Shown one piece after another: positions 28,349 through 38,158 of a stretch of DNA of 64,000 nt; position 1 is the stretch's first letter, and each line of letters opens with the position of its first letter. A model generated the notes under the pieces. That model made no database searches and was not told where the DNA came from. It was given only the letters and a program-made list of their open reading frames with translations. The DNA comes from Oscarella lobularis. Taxonomy: Eukaryota. The DNA is taken from contig NC_089177.1 of NCBI RefSeq assembly GCF_947507565.1, positions 490,648 through 554,647 on the forward strand, read 5' to 3'. The translations under genes were made by a program, and so were the position numbers.

Positions 28349-30434
28349 GTGATGAACTACACCGAAGTCGAAGCGAAGGTTCGCGAGGCAACGAACGACG
28401 AAACGTGGGGTCCCCACGGCACGCTCATGCAAGAAATCGCGAAATTCACGTTCACGTACGAACACTTTCCCGAAGTCATGGCAATGCTCTGGAAACGAAT
28501 GCTCGAAAACAATCCCAAGCACTGGCGACGTTGCTACAAGGTACGAAATAGATCGTCGCTAGTTTTATCCAGGCCGAATGCCGGATCCTTCTCGAAGGCG
28601 CTTCTCCTATTGGCCTATTTGCTTCGAAACGGGAGCGAACGAGTCGTTTCGAGCGCACGCGATCATCTCTACGATATGCGACCTCTCGAAGACTTCCAGT
28701 ATCGCGACGATCGCGGCAAGGATCAGGGAATCAACGGTAAAGGGAACTACACGGTTTCGTGCCACGCCCCTCATTCATCTCTTGCAAATAGTGCGTCAAA
28801 AGGCGAGGGAGGTCGTTGGACTGCTGCAGGACGACGAGAAAATACGCGAAGAGCGAAAGAAGGCGAAAAAGTCGAGGGATAAATATGTTGGCGTTTCATC
28901 TGACCAATTCCAAAGGGGTTACGGTAAATTTTTAAATTAATTGATAGATGATAAATAGTGTTATAAATCGTTACTTTTAGGCGATTACGGCGATGAGCCC
29001 AGGCGACGCGGACGGGATCGTTACGATGAATATGATGACGAATTGAGACGGGATTCGAGTGGGTGGAAAAGTTCGCGAGATCGTCGCAATCGCTACAATG
29101 ACGACGATGACGACTACGATAGTGATTCCTACAGAGGTCGCCGGCAGCATAGAAAACCGTATAAAGATGAAGAATCGTATGTAGAGAAATGACAGTTCTT
29201 AGAGTTTTAAAGTTTTTTTCTTTAGTGGCGACGAGAATGATGCTGCTGCAACGCAGGAGGAGGAGGAGCCAAAGAAGCCAGTAGCAGCTCCAGCTCCCAG
29301 CGCAGCGCAGCCTCAGCCGCTGAAATTGGTTCAGCTAAGTGGAATCAAGCCGGCTGCTGAACCGGATGATCCCTTTGGGCAGTTCAGTGCCGGTAGAGCG
29401 GCTCAGCCCGCTGCACCTGCTCCCCCTGCAAGTTCGGGTAAACTTTACGATGGCTGGTGTTGATTAGTGATTGAGGTAAACTTAGGTGCTGGTGATTTTG
29501 CTGCTTTTCAGTCCGCTGCTCCGGTTCCTGCTCCTGCTCCAGCTCCAGCTGCTTCTTCCACTTTCAACGCTTTTGCTGACTTCCAGTCAGCTCCAGTTGC
29601 AGCGGCTCCCGCTCCCGTCCCAGTGCAGCCAGTAGCATCTCAGCAACCATCATCCGGCTTTGCAGATTTTGCGGGATTTCAATCAGCTCCTCCTGCTCCT
29701 GCTGCTCCAGCACAACCACTATCAGCCATTCAGATAATGCAACAGCAGCCACTTCTAATGGAGGCAAGGAAATCTTACTTTAGTTGGTTTTTTTGTCATT
29801 GCGCTATGTAATCGTTTTTTAGCCTGCTACTAGTCCGCCACCCCAGAAGCAAGCTGAGCCTTTACCTGCAATGTCAACAACGGTACGCCGGGACTAAGCA
29901 TTGATTTTATGTGTATGCATCTCTTTCTTTTAGCCGTCGCATTCCTCCAAATCGACGTTGTGGAGCGGTGCTAGCGTTGATATTAGCCTTGATAGTTTGA
30001 GCCCGAATGCAGCGAAAGGCAAAACCCAGTCGTCTCAGCCGAGCATGAATCAACTTGCTCAGCAATCGCAACCGCCGGCTCAGACAACCGTAACGGGCAT
30101 GATGTCAGGAATGTCGTTGGGAGGTGCAGGGATGTCGCCGCAACAGACCCCACCGCAGAGAATGGGAATGGGCATGGGTATGCCGATGATGGGAATGGGA
30201 GCGTCGCCTCAGATGATGGCGCCCGGAATGGCTGGCTATCGGCAGCCAATGGGAATGGGCATGGGAATGGGCATGGGAATGGGCATGGGAATGGGAATGG
30301 GAATGCAGGGCGGAGGAATGATGGGAGGCATGCCAGCTGGTGCCGGTGCCGGTATGATGTATCAGCAAGGGCGAATGGGCGCGCCGCAGACTTATCCCGG
30401 CGGCATGGGAGGCTATGGAGGCGGCTTTCAATGA
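28349..30434 (+). CDS. CLINT1: Clathrin interactor 1 / epsinR (ENTH-domain protein), multi-exon, with a Met/Gly-rich C-terminus.
   Basis: ENTH domain: NYTEVEAKVREATNDETWGPHGTLMQEIAKFTFTYEHFPEVMAMLWKRMLENNPKHWRRCYK | ALLLLAYLLRNGSERVVSSARDHLYDMRPLEDFQYRDDRGKDQGIN | QKAREVVGLLQDDEKIREERKKAKKSRDKYVG. The tail is P/A/Q-rich with (MG)n, ...PMGMGMGMGMGMGMGMGMQGGGMMGGM. Confidence 0.85.
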
Positions 30435-30648
30435 TTTTTTTTTCGATGTAGTGTATTATTCTTTGTCGAGCAAGTTGTGTACATGCTGACCCTTCCCCAA
30501 GCCCTTTTTGTTAGGCAGCCCCTTATCTTTTTTTCCTATGTCATGAATTAGCGTAGAAGGACGAAAAAGACCTGAAAACGAAATCGTGTCAATCTGCTTA
30601 CGGCATTTTGCGATATCAATTTGTCACGTGCTACTGCAGGGGCGGAAC

Positions 30649-33213
30649 ATGGCATCGGTGATCGGTCTAAAACCGCTCGAGTACGTTCACATATTGGACG
30701 TTAACACGAGCGTCTCGTATGTGGAAACTGGCCCTCAAACAATATCTCTGCAAGACAACGAACGACTGACGGCGGGCCCCCATCCGTTCGTCGTCGTGCC
30801 CCCGGGTCGTTTCTGCATCGTTGAAGATCCCATCGATGCTACGACGTACGAAAAAGGAAAGCAGCCGCGCGTGCGCTTCGGCTCGCTCGACGTGCGCTTC
30901 CACGGCGAGCCTTTCTTTCTCTATCCGGGAGAACGACTTCAAGGAGCACCCAATTTAGCCAATTACAAGCCGGCACTCAAACCGCTTCCAGTCATAAAAC
31001 CGAACCACGGCCTCCGCCTCCGCGCTCGACACGATCACGTCGACGAAAACGGAACGAAACACGTTGCAGGCGAAGAATGGCACCTGGAGGGTCCCCTCAC
31101 CTACAAACCGACTCCGGACGCGGAAATCGTCGACACGATTTCTCCCGCCATCGTCGGCCCAAATCAAGCGCTTCGCTTTCGCGCGCGCGAGCGTTTCGTC
31201 GATCGCACGGGCGCCGAACGCGTCACAGGCGAAGAGTGGCTCGTTCGCGAAGCGGGCGCCTACGTGCCGCACGTCAGCGAAGAAGTCGTCGGCGTCGAGT
31301 CGGCGCACACGCTCACGCGCGATCGGGCGCTGCACGTGCGCGCGCGCGTTACGATCGACGGCGACTCGGCTCTCGGAAGCGCGCGCAAAACCGGCGAGGA
31401 GTGGCCTGTCACGTGCGAAAACGTATCCACCTTTATACCGGACGTGACGGAGGAAGTCGTCAAAGTCGTCAACAAAACGATTCTGACGAATATTCAATAT
31501 TGCGTTGTCGTCAATCCGGTTATCGACGGGAAAAATCGTCTCAGTCAACGACAGCTGCGTCGAGGTCCCGCCGAGTTTTTCCTATCGCCCGGGGAACACC
31601 TGGAACGCGGCATTCAGTCGGCGTTCATACTCGCCGTCGACGAGGCGCTCGTTCTCCGCGCAACGGAGGCGTTCGTCGACGACGAAACGCATCGCGCGCC
31701 CGGCGATCGATGGATGATCGAAGGTCCGACGTCGTACGTGCCGCCGACTCAAGTCGTCGTCGAGCGTCAATCGAAAGCGATACCGCTGGGCGAGAACGAA
31801 GGCGTTTACGTGCAAGACACGCAGACGGGTGCAGTGATCGCCGTCATGGGACCCCAGTCCTATCTACTCAAAGAACACGAGCAGCTCTTTGAGAAAAAAC
31901 TACCGGACGACGTCGAGGAGATGCTGCGACGCGGCGGCGCCATCGGCGACGACGACATTCGCAAGGTCGCTTATTTCGAATCGTCGATCGATCCGAGTCT
32001 CGTTCGATCCGGTGCGCGCGACGCGACGCGCGTCGTTTCCTATCGTTGCCCGGGCAACGCAGCGGTGCAGGTATACGATTATCAGCGTCGCACGGCGCGC
32101 GTCGTTTTTGGCCCAGATATGGTCATATTGGGTCCCCACGAGGATTTCAATGTGTTGAGCTTGAGCGCTGGGAAGCCGAAGCGTGAGAATGCGCTTCGCT
32201 GTCTCGCGCTCATGCTCGGACCCGATTTCATCACCGACATCATCGTCGTGGAGACGGCGGATCACGCGCGTCTGCGCATCAAACTTGCGTTCAATAATTA
32301 TTTTGACGTGAATTGCGACGACGTGGCGGACGCGGCGAAGATTTTCGCCGTGCCGGATTTCATTGGATTCGCCTGTCGCGACGTCGGGAGTCGCATTCGA
32401 AGTGCCGTCGCGCAGACGCCGTTCGACGAGTTCCATCGGCACTCGTCGCGGATTATACGAGCGTCCGTTTTCGGGCTCGACGCTCGGGGCAAAGTGAAGA
32501 ACGAGTTGCGATTCGCCGCGAATAATCTCGTCGTGACGAACATCGACGTGCAGAGCATCGAGCCCGTCGATCGTCAGATGAGCGATAGTTTGAGCAAGAG
32601 CGTTCAAATGGCTATCGAGATTGCCACGCAGGCGATCGAGCGTCAGGCGTCGCAGGAGGCGCGGAGACGCGAGCAGGAAGCGCGCGGCGTCCTGGAGCGG
32701 GAGAAATTGAAGGGGGAAATGGACGCGGAACGCGCCCGCATGGAGCTCTATGAATTACAGGCGATCAGTGCGGCCGTGGAGTCGACCGGTCAAGCGCAGG
32801 CCGAAGCCCAAGCGCAGGCTGAACGGCTTCTCATCGAAGGCGAGAGTGCGATCGAGTCGACGAAGCTTTTCGCCGAGGCGCAGGATGTTGAACATTCGGC
32901 GCTTCTCGACGCGAAGAAGAGATCGAATGAGGGCGAGTTGGGTTACGTGCGCGCGACGAATGAGCTCGAGTTGGCGAAGGCGAAAGCGTTGGCTGGGATC
33001 GAGGTCGGGAAGTTTCGGTCAATGGTGAGCGCGTTGGGATCGGAGACGGTTGCGGCGATCGCCCGCGCTGGGCCCGAGTCGGACATGCGTTTGTTGAAGT
33101 CGCTGGGGCTGCAGTCAACGTTGCTGACGGATGGGAAGAGTCCTGTCAATCTGTTCAACGTCGCTGGGGGATTGGTTGGAGCCACGATGGCAACGTCAGG
33201 CGATGCCCAGTGA
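30649..33213 (+). CDS. MVP: Major vault protein, intronless.
   Basis: Single 875-aa ORF. The N-terminus MASVIGLKPLEYVHILDVNTSVSYVETGPQTISLQDNERL matches the MVP start [37 protein letters not shown]. MVP repeats, a shoulder and a coiled-coil cap-helix region follow. Confidence 0.9.
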   Translation: MASVIGLKPLEYVHILDVNTSVSYVETGPQTISLQDNERLTAGPHPFVVVPPGRFCIVEDPIDATTYEKGKQPRVRFGSLDVRFHGEPFFLYPGERLQGAPNLANYKPALKPLPVIKPNHGLRLRARHDHVDENGTKHVAGEEWHLEGPLTYKPTPDAEIVDTISPAIVGPNQALRFRARERFVDRTGAERVTGEEWLVREAGAYVPHVSEEVVGVESAHTLTRDRALHVRARVTIDGDSALGSARKTGEEWPVTCENVSTFIPDVTEEVVKVVNKTILTNIQYCVVVNPVIDGKNRLSQRQLRRGPAEFFLSPGEHLERGIQSAFILAVDEALVLRATEAFVDDETHRAPGDRWMIEGPTSYVPPTQVVVERQSKAIPLGENEGVYVQDTQTGAVIAVMGPQSYLLKEHEQLFEKKLPDDVEEMLRRGGAIGDDDIRKVAYFESSIDPSLVRSGARDATRVVSYRCPGNAAVQVYDYQRRTARVVFGPDMVILGPHEDFNVLSLSAGKPKRENALRCLALMLGPDFITDIIVVETADHARLRIKLAFNNYFDVNCDDVADAAKIFAVPDFIGFACRDVGSRIRSAVAQTPFDEFHRHSSRIIRASVFGLDARGKVKNELRFAANNLVVTNIDVQSIEPVDRQMSDSLSKSVQMAIEIATQAIERQASQEARRREQEARGVLEREKLKGEMDAERARMELYELQAISAAVESTGQAQAEAQAQAERLLIEGESAIESTKLFAEAQDVEHSALLDAKKRSNEGELGYVRATNELELAKAKALAGIEVGKFRSMVSALGSETVAAIARAGPESDMRLLKSLGLQSTLLTDGKSPVNLFNVAGGLVGATMATSGDAQ

Positions 33214-33428
33214 TTTTTTATTTCTAGCTGCTGCTGAATAATCAATATGCGTTTAACGGCTGTGCGCTTCTTGTGTTTTTTATTCCCTGCCTCTTTTTTG
33301 CTAAATGCTGGTGAGCACGTGATATGCAAGCATGTGATATGCGAGGACACCGTCATTTGTTGTTTGTGACGTCGGACTTTATTGAGCACGTGACCCCAAG
33401 TTTCCCAACGCGAGTTTGAACGACGACT

Positions 33429-35216
33429 TTGGGCGCCAATAGAGTTATGAGCGACTTCTATGAGGACTTTATTCGGCCCCAGCTAACGGAGCTGATGAAG
33501 AAAATTGACGTTACCGACCATCAAATGTTGAGCTACATGTACCAGGAAAAAATGATAACGGAGGACGACCAACACAATCTGGCAGCCACGTCGCAGATGT
33601 CACCCTCGGAGAAACAAAGATTGTTTTTTCAGACCATTCTAGCACGCGGGCTGGGCTCGGAAGCCAAATTCCGCACGTTTTGTACCGCTTTGACGAAACG
33701 ACGGGGAGCCCACATGGACGATTTGGCTCAGTTGCTTTTGGCCCACGCTAAGCTAGAAGGTAAGCTCATGAATGTGTTGTTCTAACAAGTTAGTGAGGCA
33801 TATCTGCTAGATAGAACACAGCACTCCATGACGTCACGAGGTACCTTACTCTTTTTTATCGCGCTTCGGTACGTGAGGAAACATGACCTGTTGTACAGTA
33901 GGTTTGAAGCGGTCCAGAGCACATGGCGAGTTGCAAACAGCAAAAAAATCAAAGGCTTCTTCACCTGCACCTGAAGGTACCGCAGGCCCGTCATTAGCTG
34001 CGGCGACCATGTTGAATTTAAATCTTTGAGTTTTTTTGTTGCAGATGAACCAGACGGGCCAAGCCGCCGTCGACGCATGAAGCGAAAAAATCCCAGTCGA
34101 AAAGCGATGCGAGAAGGTCGCCGTTCGCAAGAAGCGAAGCGAAAAATTCATCTCTTGGTAGTTTGTGCTCTACCAAAAGAGTTGGAAGCCGCAAAGGATG
34201 CTATAGGAGCACAAGAATGGGAAGAAATCAGGAGTGGAACAATGGGCTATCGCGTCTTTGTTGCTGATGTAACGTGGAAGAATCATTCAAAGAAAAACGA
34301 AATTCGTGTGACTGTAGGAGTTGTAGCTCAATCAAAATCAGGGGGTCAAGAGACTTCCAACTTGCTTGGATCTCTTAACAGTCAATTTGATGTCAATTTT
34401 CTTGCCATGACCGGCTGCTGCGCTGGTGTTGAAGACGTTGACTGCTACAGCGTTATAGTAGCGGATAAGACCACCGCTTTGGAAAGAGAAAAGCATCTCG
34501 AAAGCGCAGTTCAACATCAAGTGGGCCCTGGTGGTGATCTAGAGCACGAATTAATTCAAGCTGTGAATTCACTTCTGATGGATTTGAAGACGTCAGACTG
34601 GCTTGATCCAGAGGTTTCTAGCACTGCTCCACCAAGTCCTCGGCTAGTCCGCGAGTCATTGCTCAAAGCAATTGAGGACAGTGGGAAATCCAGCAAGGAC
34701 GCCATAGAAAAAGCCGTACAGGAGATAAAAAATGTCAACAAAGATATCTACCCAAACATCCTAAATAAGCTCGTCAAAGAAGGCTTGATAGAAAAGCGAG
34801 AAGAAAAAGAGCCTCAGATGCGAATCCTATACTGCCTGTCTGCCGAAGGTGCCAAACACGTTAGTGAGCTTCCCTTCGGTCTTCTATCGCCGGACAAAGA
34901 TCCTTCTGTGCGTGTAACGACACTGTTCACGTGTCAGGACGTTCTCGTCAATCTTAAGAGTGTTCTTCCGAAATTGAAGGAAGCCACAGGCCAACGAAAG
35001 ATAACCGGTGTTGACATGGAAGCTCATCATTTTATGGTGCAGGCAAAGCATTTTTTCCCCAAGTCTTCGTGCATTGTAATGAAAGGGGTTTCTGACCACG
35101 GATCGCCAGAATCAAAAGAAAAATACAATCAAGAGTATGCGTCCAAGTGTGCGACATTGTTTTTGAAGTATTTCTTGGAAAAGAACTTTGAGTATCTGGA
35201 GAAGAAAAAGAACTAA
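33429..35216 (+). CDS. CARD (death-fold) - PNP_UDP nucleoside-phosphorylase/nucleosidase fusion protein. Exons 33429-33759 and 34045-35216, joined by a 285-bp phase-1 GT-AG intron.
   Basis: Exon 1 is a CARD-like domain that is about 65% identical to the CARD of the CRADD-like gene at 37338: FYEDFIRPQLTELMKKIDVTDHQMLSYMYQEKMITEDDQHNL...FRTFCTALTKRRGAHMDDLAQLLL. Exon 2 is a PNP_UDP_1 domain: IHLLVVCALPKELEAAKD...VFVADV...VGVVAQSKSGG...FLAMTGCCAGVEDVDCYSVIVAD...ITGVDMEAHHFMVQAK...CIVMKGVSDHGS. MTAN-type catalytic E/E/D positions appear conserved. The splice frame was verified: G + at gives GAT. Confidence 0.7.
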
Positions 35217-35316
35217 TTTTTTTGACTTTTGATGTCTTTGCGTTTTTGCTTGCTCGTTGCACCTTGTTGCGCTCCCATTGGTACAGGTATGGATACAAGG
35301 CTGAGCATGCGCAAAG

Positions 35317-37233
35317 ATGGACGCTATTTTGAGAAAGAACTTCGTGTTTCTGCGTCGCAATCTTCGCCTGAAGAAGGAATTGTTAGCTTATATGTTTCAG
35401 GAACATTTAATCGATGACGAGGAATATGATCAGTTGGAAAACGAAGCCAAATCAGAGCCGGAAAGAGTTAGGTACTTCATTATGACGGCAATGAGAGGAA
35501 AAACGAAGTCCGATTTACGAAGACTCGTTCAAATGCTCAGAAAAACAAACCAAGAGCCAGTCGCTCACCGTCTCGAACGTGCAAACGTCAGAAAAAAGAA
35601 ATGGTCGAAACGACTGAGGAAAAGGGCGATGCCTTACCTTTCTAGTCTGGTAGTATTTGTGTTTGTACACAAGTTGCTCTGGCGTACGTACCAGGCGAAC
35701 AAACCGCACGTTGAAAAGGTCCTCAAAATAATCTTCGGTAAAAGGCCAGAAATTAAAGAAGGAATTATGCCGGAGAACTCCAATAGCGACACTTCTGACC
35801 CATCAAAAAACCACACACTTGAGATTAAGGAAAGAGTAAAACTGCGCTTTTATTTTCCAAATCTACCAAAAGACACCTACAAAATAGTGGAAGAAGGTCT
35901 CCGATCCAGTCTTTCACTTTCTCTGGATCTTCCCAGAGACCTCTTAGAGGTGTTTGCAAAACCGTTTTCGTCAGTTCTTGTCATTGTCATTCTACCTGGC
36001 GCTGCTGCGCTGAAATTGTTTTCCATTTTGTCTAAGCCTCTACCTAATTTTCTGTATGAAAAATACGGGCCAACTCGTCTTAAGATTGAGAGTTTGCGCC
36101 CAATGAATATTTTATTTGAGAAGGCTTTTGGTATGTAACTTGTCAGAAGATAGAGTATAACAGTACATTTTCTATTTCCTGTAGAGCGGAACTGGGGCTC
36201 ACGAGCTTGGATCCAAGGTCAAGTGGCCCGTCTAAACGAATGTAGGAAAAATTTTCATCAACTCAAGACTCAGTTATCTTACTGGCTACCCCCTCCGTGG
36301 TGGCAAAAAGCAACAAAAAACCGTTTCAGGAAATTTCAGAGTCAACTGGATCACGTTCAAGATGAAATGCAGGCCTTGAAGGACAGTTTCAGCAAGCTGA
36401 GTCTCCTGCCTAAACCCCAGGCTGTTGAAGTTTCTACGCAAACCGAATTACAAGAAGGTACAGGGAACGCCTAGTAGGTGCAATGATTGATTAATTAGTT
36501 ATTAATCCTAGACGATGGCAGATGGTCAGAGACAATAATGTTTCGGGAGTCTTTTTCTCCACAAAGCGGTTTTGCCCTAATAATTAACACCGTTTCACCT
36601 GAAAGTGAATTACATTCTCAAGCACAATCAGAGACAAATAGTCTTCTGTCTACGTTCAAAAAGTTGGGTCTTGTTTGCAAAACAGAAACAAGCGTTAAAT
36701 CAGGTGACGTGAGCGATACACTCGAAAATTTTGGCAATTGCGACTACGCAAAGTACGACTGGCTAGTGTGCTGTCTCCTGGTAGCCATGGAGAAGATGAA
36801 AACAGGCCGTGACTCAGCGGAAGACTGCTCGCCTCTGTGTCTTCACGACATTATGGCGCCGTTTAGAGAATCTAGATGCCCTACCCTTAGTGGAAAGCCT
36901 CGCGTTTTTATTATCATTTCGCCAGCTGGAAGGTCAATTGATGAAACTGGCGATATGCACGTGGAATTCAAAGACGATGAATGGACTTTGCGAGAGGGTT
37001 ATGTTCCCAAAGACTGCCTGCTGCTAGTGTTTCATTACCCCGCTCCAGAGGACAAGCGCTCTTCTTTCGCTACATCATTGCTTGATAATCTACAACAACA
37101 AGGTGGGCAGTTGAACGATGTGGAAGAACTGCTCTTTATGGCATATGATCAACTAATTGATAGTCTGCTTTGGTCTTCGGTGTGGAGTAAGAATACGTTG
37201 AGTAAGGCAATAGAGGTGGCTCTTGAGACTTGA
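35317..37233 (+). CDS. CARD - coiled-coil - caspase-like (peptidase C14 fold) protein that lacks the catalytic dyad, i.e. a pseudo-caspase. Exons 35317-36130, 36185-36457 and 36512-37233, all joined by about 54-bp phase-1 introns.
   Basis: N-terminal death-fold: ILRKNFVFLRRNLRLKKELLAYMFQEHLIDDEEYDQLENEAKSEPERVRYFIMTAMRGKTKSDLRRLVQMLRK. Middle exon is a coiled coil. Last exon aligns to caspase p20/p10: GFALIINTVSPESE...LLSTFKKLGLVC...YDWLVCCLLVAMEK (AME where caspases have SHG) ...RCPTLSGKPRVFIIISPAGRS (SPAG where caspases have QACRG). Donor, acceptor and phase were checked at each junction. Confidence 0.65.
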
Positions 37234-37337
37234 CAAGTTCTACATTTTTTTGCGCGATGATGTTTTATAGACTTTTTCAGACTTTTATTTTGCCCATTGG
37301 AGTTGAAGGGGAGCACACGTGATCTGCTGCGAGGACT

Positions 37338-37946
37338 ATGAGCCGCTACTACGAAAAGTGCATTCGGCCTCGACTAACGGAGCTGATGAAGAGAATCGAC
37401 GTTACTGATCATCAAATGCTGAGCTTCATGAACCAGGAAAAGATGCTGTCGGACAACGACCAACACAATCTGGAATCCACTTCCCTGATGCGACCCTCTG
37501 AGAAAGATAATCTATTCTTTCACACCATTCTAAGAACCGGACTGGCCACGGAAACTCAGTTCCGCGCGTTTTGCGCCGCTTTGACGAAACGACGAGGAGC
37601 CGAAAAGGACGATTTGGCTCAATCTCTTTTGAAAGGCGCCGGCCTCGAAAGTGAAAGCGCGTCGCGTACTTCGTTTGAAAGGAAGCCAACTTCTAAAGAG
37701 CTGAACAACTTATCGAAGCTAATAGCGAGCGACGACATGTGGAAGCCGCTCGGCAGATGTCTCGATGTTCCGGACTCGAAGTTGACCGAAATCGCAGCCA
37801 CGCATCATTCTCCTCGAGAACGAGCGTACCAAATGCTACAGTCGTGGGTCGAAAAGAACTCGAACGCCGCAACGGTGAAACTACTGTGCGAAGCACTCTG
37901 TGAAGAGGGTCGCGACGATACGGCAAAGGAAATTTTTGGCTGGTGA
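37338..37946 (+). CDS. CRADD: CRADD/RAIDD-like adaptor (CARD + death domain), single exon.
   Basis: 202 aa. The N-terminal CARD is a paralogue of the CARD at 33429. The C-terminal death domain reads ELNNLSKLIASDDMWKPLGRCLDVPDSKLTEIAATHHSPRERAYQMLQSWVEKNSNAATVKLLCEALCEEGRDDTAKEIFG. Size and architecture match human CRADD (199 aa). Confidence 0.65.
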   Translation: MSRYYEKCIRPRLTELMKRIDVTDHQMLSFMNQEKMLSDNDQHNLESTSLMRPSEKDNLFFHTILRTGLATETQFRAFCAALTKRRGAEKDDLAQSLLKGAGLESESASRTSFERKPTSKELNNLSKLIASDDMWKPLGRCLDVPDSKLTEIAATHHSPRERAYQMLQSWVEKNSNAATVKLLCEALCEEGRDDTAKEIFGW

Positions 37947-38158
37947 CGATCGAGCATGCAGACGCGGAATATCGCGGCTTCGTTTTGTGTGGTAGAATTC
38001 TAAGAAACGCTATCTGATGAGGGAAAAAAAAGGAAAAGAACGCACGCAGAACCCCAGGACAACCACATACATTACATAGAATAAGAACGGTAAGATTGAA
38101 GAACGGTAAGAAAAGTTGGTAGTCATAGTTCTTATACGAGTTTTGTTTTTCTCCGCGA

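Noticed and set aside
31064-32607. ORFs in alternative frames or on the opposite strand inside MVP (for example 271 aa on + and 235 aa on -)
   Set aside because: They are Arg-rich frame artefacts of the GC-rich MVP coding sequence. The MVP frame is unambiguous.
36223-36474. Treating ORFs reported with M at a GTG codon (36223, 38159) as independent genes
   Set aside because: These are alternative-start artefacts of the ORF finder. Both continue upstream in frame through verified splice acceptors and are internal exons.
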